Source of the DNA: an uncultured delta proteobacterium
GTDB taxonomy: Bacteria > Desulfobacterota > Syntrophia > Syntrophales > UBA2192
DNA length: 64,000 nt
Assembly (NCBI GenBank): GCA_963705165.1
Contig: CAVPJD010000009.1
Span: forward strand, 69,666-133,665
Direction: 5' to 3'
In this document: piece by piece, positions 50,968-63,357 of the stretch
How positions within the stretch are numbered: position 1 is the stretch's first letter
Layout: every line of letters begins with the position of its first letter
The notes under the pieces: generated by a model
What the model was told of the DNA's origin: nothing
Databases searched by the model: none
The model's input: only the letters and a program-made list of their open reading frames with translations
Made by a program: the position numbers and the translations under genes

Positions 50968-52340
50968 GTGCCCGGTGCCCTCTCGACCGCCAGTTGACGC
51001 CCTGGCGATCTGAGGCTGCGGGACGCGCCGGAAGGCTCGCACGAGTTCTCTTCCACCGCGGCCCGCTGCGGATCGCCCTCCGACGCCCAGCCGGCTGGAC
51101 GTTCACTTCGAAGGCGGTGGGGGGCGATCCGGTGCCACCCCTCGATGCCGGCCAGCAGGAGCAGGATGCCGGTCAGGAGGGCTCCGTACCTGGGCATGAA
51201 GACGACGACGTAGTAGACGAGGGGAAACGTTACGAGTGGAATGACCAGGGCCGCCCGCTGGGGCACTGCCAGGGCAGGCCAGGCGCGCCGCAAACCCAGC
51301 GCCGCCAGGATCGTCAGCATCGCCGACGCCGCGGCCATCGGGCCCTGCGACGCCGACCCGAACCAGAAGTGGAACGCGCGCCGCGCCGTCAGGCTGAGGA
51401 ATCGCCCAGGATGCGCGCCAATCCACGCGAGGGCTTCCTGCCGGGAGCGGCGCATGTACTCGACCTCGCCAATCTGCTGCAGCAACTTCGCCTCGGCCAC
51501 GTTGGTTCGCGGGTGCCGGAGCGCCAGGCCTTCCGTCGCATCCATGACGTCGATGTCGGCCACGGCCCCCTCGTGGTTGCCCATGCGCAACTCGAGGCCG
51601 AGGTTGCTGCGGATGAAGAACACTTCTCCAAAGACGGCGTAGTTGCGCAAGCCCCAGGGGACGCAGGCCAGCGCCACGCCCACCAGCGTCAACGCCGTCG
51701 GCGCCCACCTGCGCCGGTCTCGGCTCCACCACAGATCGAACAGGAGGCAACCGAGCAGGACCGGAACCAGTGACGGTGTCAGGTGAAACGCGGCCCCCCA
51801 CGCAGCGCCCAGAACCAGGGCGCCGCGTGGCGACGGCGTTGCCCTTCGCCAGCGGCTCACATGCCACGCGAGCAACAGGCCGAGCGCGACCGCGGCGAAG
51901 TACTCGACCTGGTGCGGCCACCTCGGTACCAGGGCTCCGGCAAGTCCGCCGACGATGCCCGCCTCGCGGCCGACACCTAGACGGTGCGCCAGCCAGGGCA
52001 ACATGGCGACCATCGCTGCACTGGCCGCGACCTGCACGAACCATGTGGCGTACCCGGCCGCCATCGTCAGGCCGAAGAGCGTGTACAGCAGGCCGAGCAG
52101 GGCCGGGAATGCCGGCGGCACGTGCGCGGTCGGGCCGGTGGGCACCGCGTAGGGGTCGGCGAAACGTCCGGTGGTTGCAAGCGAGACGGCGACGGCGTTG
52201 GCTTCCCACCGCGCGTGCGGCTCAATCCACTCGCGCGGGACCAATGGCAGCAACGCGGTGCCCTCGGCGAAGGCGACGAGGAAGATGACCAGCAACGCGC
52301 GCGCGGGAGCCTGGGCCAGCCAGCGCACCGCCGATGCCAT
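50952..52340 (-). CDS. Polytopic membrane protein, GT-C (ArnT/PMT family 39)-like glycosyltransferase fold; hypothetical
   Basis: ATG 52340 (MASAVRWLAQ...) lies within track ORF 50952..52391. It has about 10 TM segments and a large loop (FIRSNLGLELRMGNHEG...). The family call is weak. Confidence 0.4.
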   Translation of the reverse strand: MASAVRWLAQAPARALLVIFLVAFAEGTALLPLVPREWIEPHARWEANAVAVSLATTGRFADPYAVPTGPTAHVPPAFPALLGLLYTLFGLTMAAGYATWFVQVAASAAMVAMLPWLAHRLGVGREAGIVGGLAGALVPRWPHQVEYFAAVALGLLLAWHVSRWRRATPSPRGALVLGAAWGAAFHLTPSLVPVLLGCLLFDLWWSRDRRRWAPTALTLVGVALACVPWGLRNYAVFGEVFFIRSNLGLELRMGNHEGAVADIDVMDATEGLALRHPRTNVAEAKLLQQIGEVEYMRRSRQEALAWIGAHPGRFLSLTARRAFHFWFGSASQGPMAAASAMLTILAALGLRRAWPALAVPQRAALVIPLVTFPLVYYVVVFMPRYGALLTGILLLLAGIEGWHRIAPHRLRSERPAGWASEGDPQRAAVEENSCEPSGASRSLRSPGRQLAVERAPGTQPSS

Positions 52341-52363
52341 GCCCGTGACCTCGCCGGCTCGAG

Positions 52364-52777
52364 TCAGGCGCCGAGCAGGGCGCCGACGCAATCCACGTCC
52401 TCCCGGTGGACGTAGAGGAGATAGGCGTAGCCGCCGCGCCCGTCAGCAATGCCACTCGAGGAGGCGATGTTGATCCCGTGCTCGTAGAGCTGCCGGTGAC
52501 ACTCCACGAGCGCGCCCAGGTGGTCGTCGCCCTGCATGAGGAATGCGTGCTGCGGCGAGCTCAGCCCCCAGCCCTGCTTCTCGGCAACGGCGGCGAGGTC
52601 CTCGAGGTCGGCAGGGAACATCACCAGCTGGGTCTTGTTCATCCCGAGCGGAATGGCGTGGAAGGCCAGCAGGTTCACGCCTCCGGCGGCCATTTGCGCG
52701 AGGAAGGGAAAGGCCTCCCCCGGGCGATCCTCGATGATGACGGAGCAATACGCGACGCGGCGGATGGTGGCGGCCAT
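52364..52777 (-). CDS. Small ACT-domain-like protein (hypothetical)
   Basis: ATG 52777 gives MAATIRRVAYCSVIIEDRPGEAFPFLAQMAAGGVNLLAFHAIP... (137 aa). Two similar halves suggest tandem ACT-like folds. Confidence 0.4.
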   Translation of the reverse strand: MAATIRRVAYCSVIIEDRPGEAFPFLAQMAAGGVNLLAFHAIPLGMNKTQLVMFPADLEDLAAVAEKQGWGLSSPQHAFLMQGDDHLGALVECHRQLYEHGINIASSSGIADGRGGYAYLLYVHREDVDCVGALLGA

Positions 52778-53126
52778 GGGTGGCCTCCTTGTCCCGGGGG
52801 GCGGGTACGCGAAGCGGCACCAGCCTACCACCGCTGGGCGTTGGCGGGGCGGCGGCCGCAGCCGGCCGACCCAACCTGGTGTCAGCACGTTGCAGGTCGC
52901 CTTCGGCTGGCCTGCTTGGATGCACATTTCTGGATCAGGGCGGCTCGGATCCAACGCGATGCATATCCCGGACAGTACGTGCCTCACGCAGACGAGGTAA
53001 GTGACGCTTCGCCATGGCTTTCCGGCTTGGTCTTGGAATTCCCTGTTTGGAACGACGATTGCCATCATTATGGGGTCAATCCAGCCGCGGTGACGTGCGG
53101 GTCACGTTGCCGGAAGGAGTGCACAA

Positions 53127-56100
53127 ATGCGACGAGCGACGTTCGCGCTACTCGGCCTTCTACTGTTCGTGGCGGTCGATGCGGCCGCGCAGTCCACGAC
53201 GGGCACCATCAGCGGCACGGTCCGCGACGCCCAACAGGCCGTGCTGCCCGGGGTGTCCGTGACGGTCCGCAACGTGGACACCGGGCTCTCGCGCACCATC
53301 ATCACCGACGCGAGCGGCGTCTACCGCTTCTCCGCCCTGCCGCTGGGGCGCTACGAGCTCGAGGCGGATCTGGCCGGGTTCGCGAAGTACTCGCGGAGCG
53401 GGCTGACCCTCGCCTTGAACCAGGAAGCGGTGATCGACATCGTGATGGGCCTGGCGACCCTGGAGGAGACCATCCAGGTGACCGCCGACTCGCCGATCCT
53501 CAACACGACCAATGCCGAGGTGGGCGTGCGGTTCGACAGCACGAAGGTCGCCGAGTTGCCGGTCGGCAACACGCGCGACATCTTCAGCCTGGCGCTGCAG
53601 GCCGCGGGGGTCAGCCAGGTCAACTCCGGCCAGTCGAACTTCGCCAGCGGCACCAACTTCTCGGTCAACGGCATGCGGACCCGTTCGAACAACTTCATGA
53701 TCGACGGGCAGGACAGCAACGATCCGAGCGTCACCGGCCGCCAGCAGCCGCTGAACAACACCGACCTGATCCAGGAGGTCCGGCTGATCACCAACCAGTT
53801 CGCCGCCGAGTTCGGGCGCGCCGCCGGGTCGGTGATGAGCGTGGTGACCAAGAGCGGCACCAACAACTTCCGCGGCAGCGCGTTCATCTTCCGCAACGAG
53901 GATGCCCTGAATGCGCGCACGAACCTGGACAAGGCCGCCGGCCGCACCAAGGCGCCGTTCCTCGAGGAGAACCAGTACGGCGGCACGCTGGGCGGCCCGA
54001 TCATCCGCCAGCGGACCGTTCTTCTTCGGGTCGTACCAGCGCTGGACGCAGGACCAGCTCGGGGCGGGCACGACGCTCAACGGCGCGCCCACCGAGGCCG
54101 GCCGCCAAATCCTGCAGAGCGCCGTCGGAAGCCTGCCGCAGATCCAGGCACTGCTGAAGTTCCTCCCCGCGGCGCAGACCCCACTCAACCGCAACGTCGC
54201 CTTCTCCTACGGCGGCAACACCTACTCCGTCCCGATCGGCTCGCTGACAGGGTCCTCGACGATCGAGTACAGGAACCACCAGGCATCCGGCCGCGTGGAT
54301 CACCAACTGGGCGGCGCCGGCCGCACATCCTCTCCGCGCGCTACCTGTTCAACGACACGACGCAGTCCGGTGCCGGCCAGGTGACGCCTCCCGGCGTGAC
54401 GACCGTGGCCCCGTCGCGATCGCAGTCCTTCGCGACCTGGTGGACCGGCATCCTCAGCAACACGCTGGTGAACGAGTTCCGCGTCGCCTACTCACGCGCC
54501 ACCAGGAGACCACCGCCGCGGACACTGTCGTCGCAGGAGATTCCGTCCATCGAGATCAACGAGCTCGGGCTGCTTGGGTTCAACGCCGCCGCCACCCGCA
54601 CGGCCATCGGCCTGGCGCTGAACCTGCCGCAGTGGCGCAAGAACGGCCTGCGGCAGATCCAGAACAACCTCTCCTGGACGGCCGGCAACCACTCGACGAA
54701 GTTCGGCGTGGACTACCGGTCGACCGACATCGACAGCTTCTTCAACCCGACCCTGCGCGGCCGGCTGCAGTACACGACCCTCCAGCGCTACGTGGACGAC
54801 GTGGCGAACGTCGCGCAGATCAACAAGCCGCTGCCCGGCGGGTCGCGAGGTGGTCAACTACAACTGGGGCGACGTCTACTTCTTCGGGCAGGACGAGTGG
54901 CGCATGTCGCCGGGCTTCACCCTCAGCTACGGCCTGCGCTACGAGCTGCCCGGCAACTTCACCGACTCGCTCGTCGAGCTGAACGATCGGATCGTCGCGA
55001 CGGCAGGCGGCGACGAACGCTTCCGGCTGAAGCCCGTGCCCCCGCGCGACACCAACAACTGTGCAGCCGCGGCTCGGCTTCAACTGGAACCCGAAGACGC
55101 GACACCGGCGGCATCATGGGGACGCTGACCGGCGGGGACAAGCTGGTGGTGCGCGGCGGCTACGCCATGACGCACGACTACGCGTTCCTCAACATCGCGC
55201 TGAACATCGCCAGCGCGTTCCCGCAGGTCGCCGTCCTCGAGGTGCCGACGGTGCAGACGCCCCCGGCGGGCCCGGCCGGCCCAACGGCCTTCGTCCGCTC
55301 CCAACCTGACGCTGACCGGCGACCCCGACCTCGTCACGCGGACCGTCGTGGCCGACGACTTCCGGTCGCCGTCGGCGCACCAGTTCAGCTTCGAGGTGCA
55401 GCGGCGATGGCGGCCAACCTCGCGCTGCGCATCGGCTACGTGGGCACGCTGGGACGCGGCCTGTTCCAGACGCTCGACGGCAACCCGCGGCAGCCCTACT
55501 CGGCCACGCCGCGTCGACCCGACGCGTGGCGTGATCCGCCTGCGCGCCAACGCCGCCAGTCCTGGTACAACTCGTTGCAGACCAGCCTCGAGCGGCGGTT
55601 CAGCAACGGGTTCAGCGCCGGCGTCGCACTACACGTGGAGCCAGTACCTCGACACGGCCTCGGAGATCTTCAACGTCTCCAGCGGCGAGGTCGCCGTGGC
55701 GCAGGACTCCTTCGACATCGCGGCGGACAAGGGCCTCTCTTCCTACGACCGGCCGCACCGGTTCACCGGCAACGTCGTCTGGGAGCTGCCGTTCTATCGC
55801 GACCAGGCGGGGTTCGCCGGGAAGGTCCTCGGCGGCTGGCAGCTGAGCACGAACTTCACCCTGCAGAGCGGATCGCCGTTCACCGTGCTGAACGGCGCCG
55901 ACCCGACGGGAGCACTGACCGGCATCGACGGCCTGGTGGGCAACGCCATCCGGCCCAACATCAACACCGACCGAGGACCTCTCGAAGATGACGGTTGCCG
56001 AAATCCTCGCGGCCGGGCGGCGCCACGCTCTTCACGCCGCTGTGCGGGTTCCAGAGCGCGACGTGCGCCGGAGAGCGCGTCGGCAACGTGGGCCGCAACA

Positions 56101-56345
56101 CGCTGCGCGCCGACGGCTACGGCAACATCGACCTCGGGTTCATCAAGAACACGCGGTTCTTCGGTCGGCAGAACATCCAGTTCCGCCTCGAGGCGTTCAA
56201 CCTGACCAACACGCGGAACTTCGGCGTGCCCAACAGCCAGATCAACTCGGTCAACTTCCTCAACCAGTGGGGCACCGACGGCGGCGGGCGCAAGATCTGG
56301 GTAGCGATTCGGTACACCTTCGATGCCGAACGCGTGAGCCGATGA
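53127..56345 (+). pseudogene. TonB-dependent receptor with an N-terminal CarboxypepD_reg-like domain (Acidobacteria-type), with about a dozen frame changes
   Basis: The signal peptide is MRRATFALLGLLLFVAVDAAAQ. Then come TGTISGTVRDAQQAVLPGVSVTVRNVDTGLSRTIITDASGVYRFSALPLGRYEL and a plug region (NGMRTRSNNFMIDG). The C-terminus is RLEAFNLTNTRNFG...IRYTF. Coherent sequence hops frames near 54010, 54315, 54848, 55060, 55095, 55300, 55405, 55510, 55555, 55625, 55980 and 56015. Confidence 0.8.
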
Positions 56346-56730
56346 CGACGGGGCCTGGGCGACTCCCAGGCCCCGGACGTTGTGCCGGTCGAGCGCGAGG
56401 CGGCCGTCCAACCAGCCCTGGGACGGTCACGACCTCCACATCGGCCGGCGAGAAGACTACCAGGGCGGCCAACGTCGACCCCGCGCCTTCAACGGCAAGG
56501 CCGCGGTCGTGAGAACCTCGCAGGGGCGCGCGCCCGTGAGCGGGATTCCGGCAATCCTGTGACGGCTTTCCTGCCGCGGTGGGGGGCCAACCTCCGCAGG
56601 ACATCCAAAAGCGATGCAATCGGTCCGCCTCGCGGCTGGCATGTGACGTGCGTCTTCGTGGGCGTCCGTCGGTGCCGCCGCGGATGAAGCGTGCCGCAAG
56701 GCGGTCCAGACGGCTTGCCCGGGAGCCCCC

Positions 56731-59700
56731 ATGGGATCCAGCACTGGCCGGTGGCGTGTGCCCCTGCGGCACGCGGCGTCATTGCTCGTCACCTTCCTCG
56801 TTCTTGTCGGCACAGCCCGCCCCTCCGCGGCATTCGATTGGTGCACGATCGAGGTCGACTACCAAGGCATCAGCACGGTGCATGTCAGCTACCAGACGAT
56901 CGGCGGGCTGCCGGTCGGCGCCCGTCTCGAGGTGCGGCGCGGCGACTCTACCACCAAGCTCAAGGACCTGGCCGGCGCGGCCAGCACCTTCCAGGACCGC
57001 CTGGCGCTGCCGCTCACGGCGCAGCGCTACATGGTTGTCGCCGACCGCCTGGTCAACGGGACGCTCACCCGCGACGAAGGCTGCGCCGTGGAGATCACGC
57101 TCACCAACGAGGTCTCGGGCATCCCCACCGGAGACGATGCGATCGAGGGTGAGAAGCACGGCTCTCGCTCGTACGACTCGGCCAACTCATCCTGAACCCC
57201 GGCATCACCATCGCCATCACCCAGTCGACGGTCGAGAGCCTCATTGTCCACGGCCCTGGTGCGACGGGCATCCTGGTGGGCGGGATGACCTGGACCCGCA
57301 GGCCAGCCTCACCGTGTCGGACTCGGTAGTGGAATACGCGAGCGTCTCCTACGCCGCCCCCGTGTTCAACCGGGTGCGCTTCCGCGGCAGGGTCGACATC
57401 GCCGCAGGAGCGCCGATCTTCAGGAAGTGCCAGTTCCCGGGCATCGCCGTGGCGTTGGATGGCCGGACGGGCGCCGTGTTCACCGAGAACGTCTTCGGCG
57501 CCGGTATCTACGTGAGCGGTTCGACGTGGCCTGGCTTCCCCGCGGACCTCGCCAGCAGTTGGTGGCAGATGAGCGCCCCGAACCCCGTGATCGAGGGCAA
57601 CAGCTTCGTCGGCAAGGCGGCGCTGGGGTACCCGGTACGGCGACCCGCCGCCACCAATGCCGATCGTCGTTGGCGCGAACTACTACGGCGACATCGGCGG
57701 GCCCGTAACCGGCGGCTCGGCCTTTCTCGAAGGGCGCGGCGCTGTCGTCACGCTCGACGCCGACTGCGGCGGCGGCTGTCAGCCGAAGCGGGTGTTCGAC
57801 CTCACCACACCGATGACGTCGGGCTTGCCGCGTGACGACCCGGGCATCTTCCCCTGGTTCTGGTTCCGCTCCGTGGTCGGACAGAACGCGATGGACCTCG
57901 TCGCCGGCCATGGCCCGATGATGCAGGGTCGCGAAACGCTCTACAGCGCCGACATCCGTACCGCCGACACCGAGGTCACGGGCGTGGACGTCTACGTCAA
58001 GCTCGACGGCAAGGTGATCAAGCCGACCAACGAGAAGTTGGCGATTCGCCGAGACAGCGCGGCCTTCGGCGACGCGGCGTTCCGCCGGGCCACCATCACG
58101 CACAACTTCATCCTGCCGCCCGTGACCGCCGACACGGCGACGCTCGAGCTCTGGCTCGACGCGTCGAAGGTCACGGGGTTCACCGCACCCACGCCGCCGC
58201 CTCAACTGTTCGAGCAACGGACGCTGACCTTCAGCAAGCCCCTCGCCCGCCCCTACCGGATCTGCATCCGCCCTGCCCGCGTCGTCACGTGGTGGAGCAA
58301 GGGCACGTGGCCGGACATCTCGAGGACCATCCAGGCCGTCAGGCGCCTGATGCCGGCGATGCTTCCCGTCAGGTCGGAGGATCTCGTCCTGATCAGTTGC
58401 CCGGTCATCGACTTCGATCCCGGCCTGCTCGATCAGAAGCTGTTGGTCACGACGTTGCTGGGTCGCCTGGCCGACGAGACCTACGTCGACAACGCGCTGG
58501 ATTGGCTGATGGGGCGCAACAGCGTCGACCTGACGGTGGTCGTGGTCGAGGACGGGCTGCTGGGAGCGGGCACCGACGCGGCGAGCATGCCCCTGCGACG
58601 CCAGACGGTCATTGTCGATGAGGCCAGGCCCGACGCGCTGATCCACGAACTGGGCCACGCGGCAGGACTGAACACGGGATTCGGGCAGGAGCAGTACGAC
58701 CTGTTTCCAGATTTCGGATCACCGCTGGAGGGCATCACCATCTTCTCGCCCGACGGCCTGCCTGCCCCGAATCCCTTCAGCAGCGGCGACGCGGGCCGTA
58801 TCCAGCACCACGTCAACCGGTACAACCGCACCTACGACGAGGACGATCTGGCCTACGACGTGATGGGCGACGGGACCAACGCGTCGTGGCCGCTGCCGGC
58901 CACAGCCAGAGCCATCGGCGGACTCATCGCCTCGACGACCGGGACCGTCGGCGCCCCGGTGCAGGAGGCCTCGATAGCCTCGGCGGCGCTGACGCCAGGC
59001 ATGAAGCGCGTTCTCGTCACGTCGACGACCGAGAAGGTCATCGGCCAGGGCCCGTTCGGTACAACCTCCGACTTCAGGCTCCTGCCGGGCACGACGCGGG
59101 CGTTCGAACTCGGGCCCGACGTGGTGCGCGCGCTGCCGCCGGTGCCGCTGAACGTCAGCCACCCGACACAGAACGTCGGCGACCCGACCGACTTCGACGC
59201 CCTCGACGCCAACGCCTCGGTGGTGGCATCCGTGCACTTCGGGGTCGTGAACCGCGTGCAGGAACAGGGCCATCAGGACCGCGGCTTCTGGGCGGCGACC
59301 TTCGATGTCCCCGAGAGCGCGGTGTTCTACCGCCTGAGGCGTCAAGCCGATGGCGTGTTCCCGATTGCGGTCTACGACGCGTCGCTTGCGACACGCCTCA
59401 CGGCACCACTCGGCGGCGACACGATTGGCGCGTCGCTGCGCGTGGCGTGGGTCGATACGTGGGACTACCGCGGCCTCACCCCTGCGCCTTCGTTCGTGCA
59501 ACCGCTCCAGCACCGCCTCCACTACAGCATCGACGGCGTCGCGTGGGTGCCGCTCACGGCGAGCGTCACTGGCACGGAGACGACCTTCGGCACCTCGATG
59601 CTGCCCGGAGGCGCCACCATCAGCCTTCGACTCACGGTGAGCGACGGACTCCGCAGCGCGACCGCGCGCGTCGACAACCTAGTCGTCCAACGTCGCCCTC

Positions 59701-61862
59701 CCGGGGTTTCGATTGTCCTTCCCCACGCGGGTGCACAGGGCACGCCGGATTCCCTCTGGCGGCTCGACGCGCTCGTCTGGGATGACGATGGCACTGCCGT
59801 CACGACGACCTGGTCTTCGGATCGCGATGGCGAGCTGGGGACGTCGCCAGTCCTGATTGGCATCGCCCTCACGGCCGGAGCCCACAAGCTGACCTGCCGC
59901 GCGACCGACGGCAACGGCCAGGTCACCGAGGCGGGGGTGGACGTGACTGTGGGAACCCTCCCGTCGCTCGACGTAGCCGTGACCGCTGACGCACTCACGG
60001 TGAAGCACGCCGCGTCGGGGCCGGTGACCTCACCGGCATCACGCGACCTCTCGCGCAACCACGACTACCTCGCGGCAGTGCGCATCCCGGTTCCGGGCGC
60101 CTCCACGACAGCGACCGTGCGGTTGTTCCTCACCTCGCCCGGGGCCGCGGAGCAGCTCCTCGTCGAGCAGACGCGCACCGCCGATGCCTTTCAGGATCTC
60201 GTCGTGTCCCACCGCTTCACAACCGCGGGCGACGGCGAGTACGTGTTCCGCGCCGTCCTAAGTGGCGCCACGCCGAACGCCGATCCATCCAACGACCAAC
60301 GCACGTGGCGCTTCTCGGTGGCGACGTTCACGCCGTCGGCCGGCGACGGCGATGGCGACACCCTGCCCGACGCGTGGGAGACCCGGTTCGGTCTCGATGC
60401 GGTAGCGCCGTACGGAGACAGCGGCGCGTACGGCGATCCCGACAAGGACGGGATCACCAACAGCGAGGAGTCCCAGCGCGGCACGCACCCGCGCGGCTTC
60501 TACACGCGCTATTTCGCTGAAGGCGCCACCTCCGACTTCTTCGACACGGAATTGGCTCTCGTCAATCCCAATGACGACACCGCGCTGGTGAATCTGCGGT
60601 TCCAGCAACCCGGAGGCGCTACCACGGCCCATGCGGTGAGCCTGCCTCCACGCTCGCGTCGCACGGTGGACCCAAAGGTGGACGCCGGGCTGAGGGATGC
60701 CGAGTTCTCCACGGTGGTCGAGTCGGATCAGGCCGTCATCGTCGACCGCACGATGACCTGGAGCAGCGCGCAGCGTTACGGAAGTCACTCGGAAACCAGC
60801 GTCGCGTCCGCGTCACTCACTTGGTACCTGGCCGAAGGCGCCACCCACTCCGGCTTCGACCTGTTCTACCTCCTGCAGAACCCGGGAGCGGAGGCCGCAC
60901 ACGTTCGGGTGCGCTACTTGCTGCCCGCCGGGGCGCCGCTCACGAAGGACTACGTGGTGCCGCCCGGCAGCCGCTTCAACATCTGGGTGAACCATGAGGA
61001 GTTCCCCGAGGGGTCGGGGCACGGCTGCTCCTGTCCACCGACGTCTCGGCGGTCGTTGAGGTGACCAACGGGATTCCGGTCATCGTCGAGCGTGCGATGT
61101 ACCTGAGCCGGACCAACCGCCTCTTCAGCGCGGGCCACGAGAGCGCCGGGATCACGGCGCCGTCCACCTCGTGGTTCCTTGCCGAGGGAGCCACCGGGAG
61201 CTTTTTCGATTTCTTCATCCTGCTGGCGAACCCGTCGGAGCGCGAAGCCGAGGTGGAAGCGCGCTACTTGCTCGAGGATGGCTCGACGGTCGTGCGTCCG
61301 TACACGGTCGCGCCCAACAGCCGGTTCAACATCTGGGTGGACTACGAGGATCAGCGACTGGCGGCGGTGTCGGCATCGACCGTGCTCAGGGTCACCAACG
61401 GCGTGCCGATCATCGTCGAACGCGCCATGTGGTGGCCGTTGGACGCGGGGCACTGGTACGAAGCCCACAACTCTGCCGGGGTCACCAGCGCCGGGGTGGC
61501 GTGGGGGATCGCCGGCGGCGCCGTCGGCGGTTCCGAGTCTGCGGCCACCTACGTGCTCGTCGCGAACACGGGCGATCTCGGACGGACTCGTCAAGGTGTC
61601 GGTGCTCGGGGAGGCGGGCGAACTCGCCCACCTGGTGTTGCCCGTGGCGAGCCACTCGCGGACGACGATCGACATCGGGGGAACGCCGGCGTTGGCCGCC
61701 GCCCTTGAGCCGACTCGCGCCTCTCAGGCGCGCTTCGGCGTCATCGTCGAGAGCCTCGGAGCCAATCCCGCGCCCATCGTCGTCGAGCGTGCGACGTATT
61801 CCGACAGTGCAGGGGTGAGGTGGGCGGCCGGCACGGACGCGCTGGCCACGAAGATCCGCTGA
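56731..61862 (+). pseudogene. Giant (~1,700 aa) secreted multidomain protein, tiled over 5 frame changes
   Basis: A GGGAG RBS precedes ATG 56731, which encodes the signal peptide MGSSTGRWRVPLRHAASLLVTFLVLVGTARPSAA. Domains in order are a beta-helix-like region, an HExxH motif, Ig-like regions, TSP3-like Ca-binding motifs and four tandem ~110-aa 'AEGAT' modules. Frames change at ~57180, ~57285, ~57635, ~61020 and ~61575. HELGH lies at 58644-58658. The TSP3-like motifs are DGDGDTLPDAWE and DPDKDGITNSEE (60340-60471). The modules start near 60498, 60815, 61166 and 61496 (YFAEGATSDFF, WYLAEGATHSGF, WFLAEGATGSFF, WGIAGGAVGG). Confidence 0.6.
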
Positions 61863-62021
61863 GCCGCAGGCCCCGAGCGGCCGACCCGGGGAACCCCGAG
61901 AGCGCCGGGCACCACCCTGCCTGGACGACTGTCTCGCAGCGACGGCGCAGCACTACCTGGATCGCTTCGGGCAGCGGATGCTGTAAGGTAGAGCGAGCGG
62001 CGACTCAATGGAGGTTCTTCA

Positions 62022-63308
62022 GTGACGGCCTGTCGAGCCGGCAGCCACGCCCTGGCTCGCCGGCGCCACCGCGCACCACGGCTGGGTGGCACCGCGTGTG
62101 CCCTCGCGGTGGCCCTCTGCCTGGCGGGCGCGGCCGGCCTCGCAGCCTCGGCGCCCCCGTCGCGTTCCTCCAGTTCCTCGCGCTTTCGCACCGCGGTTGA
62201 CGCGGCCAACGACGTGCCCCCGGCGCTGCTGGCCAGGATGCGCGCGACGCCGCATGCGTACTTCCGCTTCGTCAACAAGGAGTGGACGCAGGCCGTCTGC
62301 GACGAGTACCGCGCCGACATCGAGCGCCTGCCAACGGTCCGGCTGCACGGCGACGCTCACGTCGAGCAGTACGCGGTGACGGCCGACTCGCGTGGCCTGG
62401 ACGACTTCGACGACTCGGCGATGGGACCGGCGGTCGTCGACATCGTCCGCTTTCTGGGCTCGCTGCAGCTGGTGGCACGGCAGGAGGGATGGCAGCGCGA
62501 GAACCACGCGTTTGTCGACGCGTTCTTCCGCGGCTACGAGCGTGCCCTCGACGATTCGTCCTACACCCCGAAGGAACCCGCGGTGGCGACACGCCTGCGC
62601 GAGCGCCCGGTGCGGAGTCCCTCTCGAGTTCCTCGCCTGGGCGGAGTCGCTGATGCGCGAGGCCTCGCCGGAGGTCATGCGCGCGTTGGAAGACGGCCTC
62701 GCGGCGTTTCGTCGGCACTCCGTCGAGCAGATGCCCGAGGTCACGGAGGGCTACGTCGCGGTCAAGAAATTCGGCGTGCTGCACATGGGCATCGGCAGCG
62801 CCCTCTCCTTGAAGGTGCTGATGCGCGTCGAGGGGCCGTCGGCCGCCCCCGACGACGACGTGATCGTCGAGGCCAAGGAACTGGTCCGCCTCGACAGCGC
62901 ATCGTGCGTGAGCGTGCCGCCGCCAATCGAGGCGTTCCGCGTCGTCACCGCGGCCTCGCAACTCGGGCGTCTGCATCACCGGTTCCTCTGGTGGTCCCGG
63001 TCCCGCACGCGATCAACGACCGTCCCGACTCGCCGGGCTGGTGGGTGCGGTCGTGGGACGCCACCTACCGCGAATTGGAGATCGCCGACCTCGCCTCGCC
63101 GACGGACCTGCTCCAGGTGGCCGAGGACGCCGGTGCGCAACTGGGCGCCGCCAACACGCGCGAAGGGCCCGAAACGGATCGCGCGGCCGCCAGGCGGCGC
63201 GAGCGGGCCACCGTCGCCAGGCTCGAGCCCCGCATTCGCCGAACCGCGGCCAGGCTGACGGCTGAGGTCGTCGACGCGTGGGAGGTCCTCAAGGCCGCCC
63301 GACCCTGA
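62022..63308 (+). pseudogene. DUF2252-like protein with a signal peptide; two frameshifts
   Basis: A GGAGG RBS lies 7 nt before GTG 62022. The block YFRFVNKEWTQAVCDEYRADIERLPTVRLHGDAHVEQY is recalled from DUF2252. The middle third reads coherently only in the frame of ORF 62392..63258 (EFLAWAESLMREASPEVMRALEDGLAAF...). The reading returns to the first frame near 62975. Confidence 0.55.
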
Positions 63309-63357
63309 TCCCGGACATGCGAGGGGCCGCTGCGCGCCTTGACTGGCACGCCCCGGC

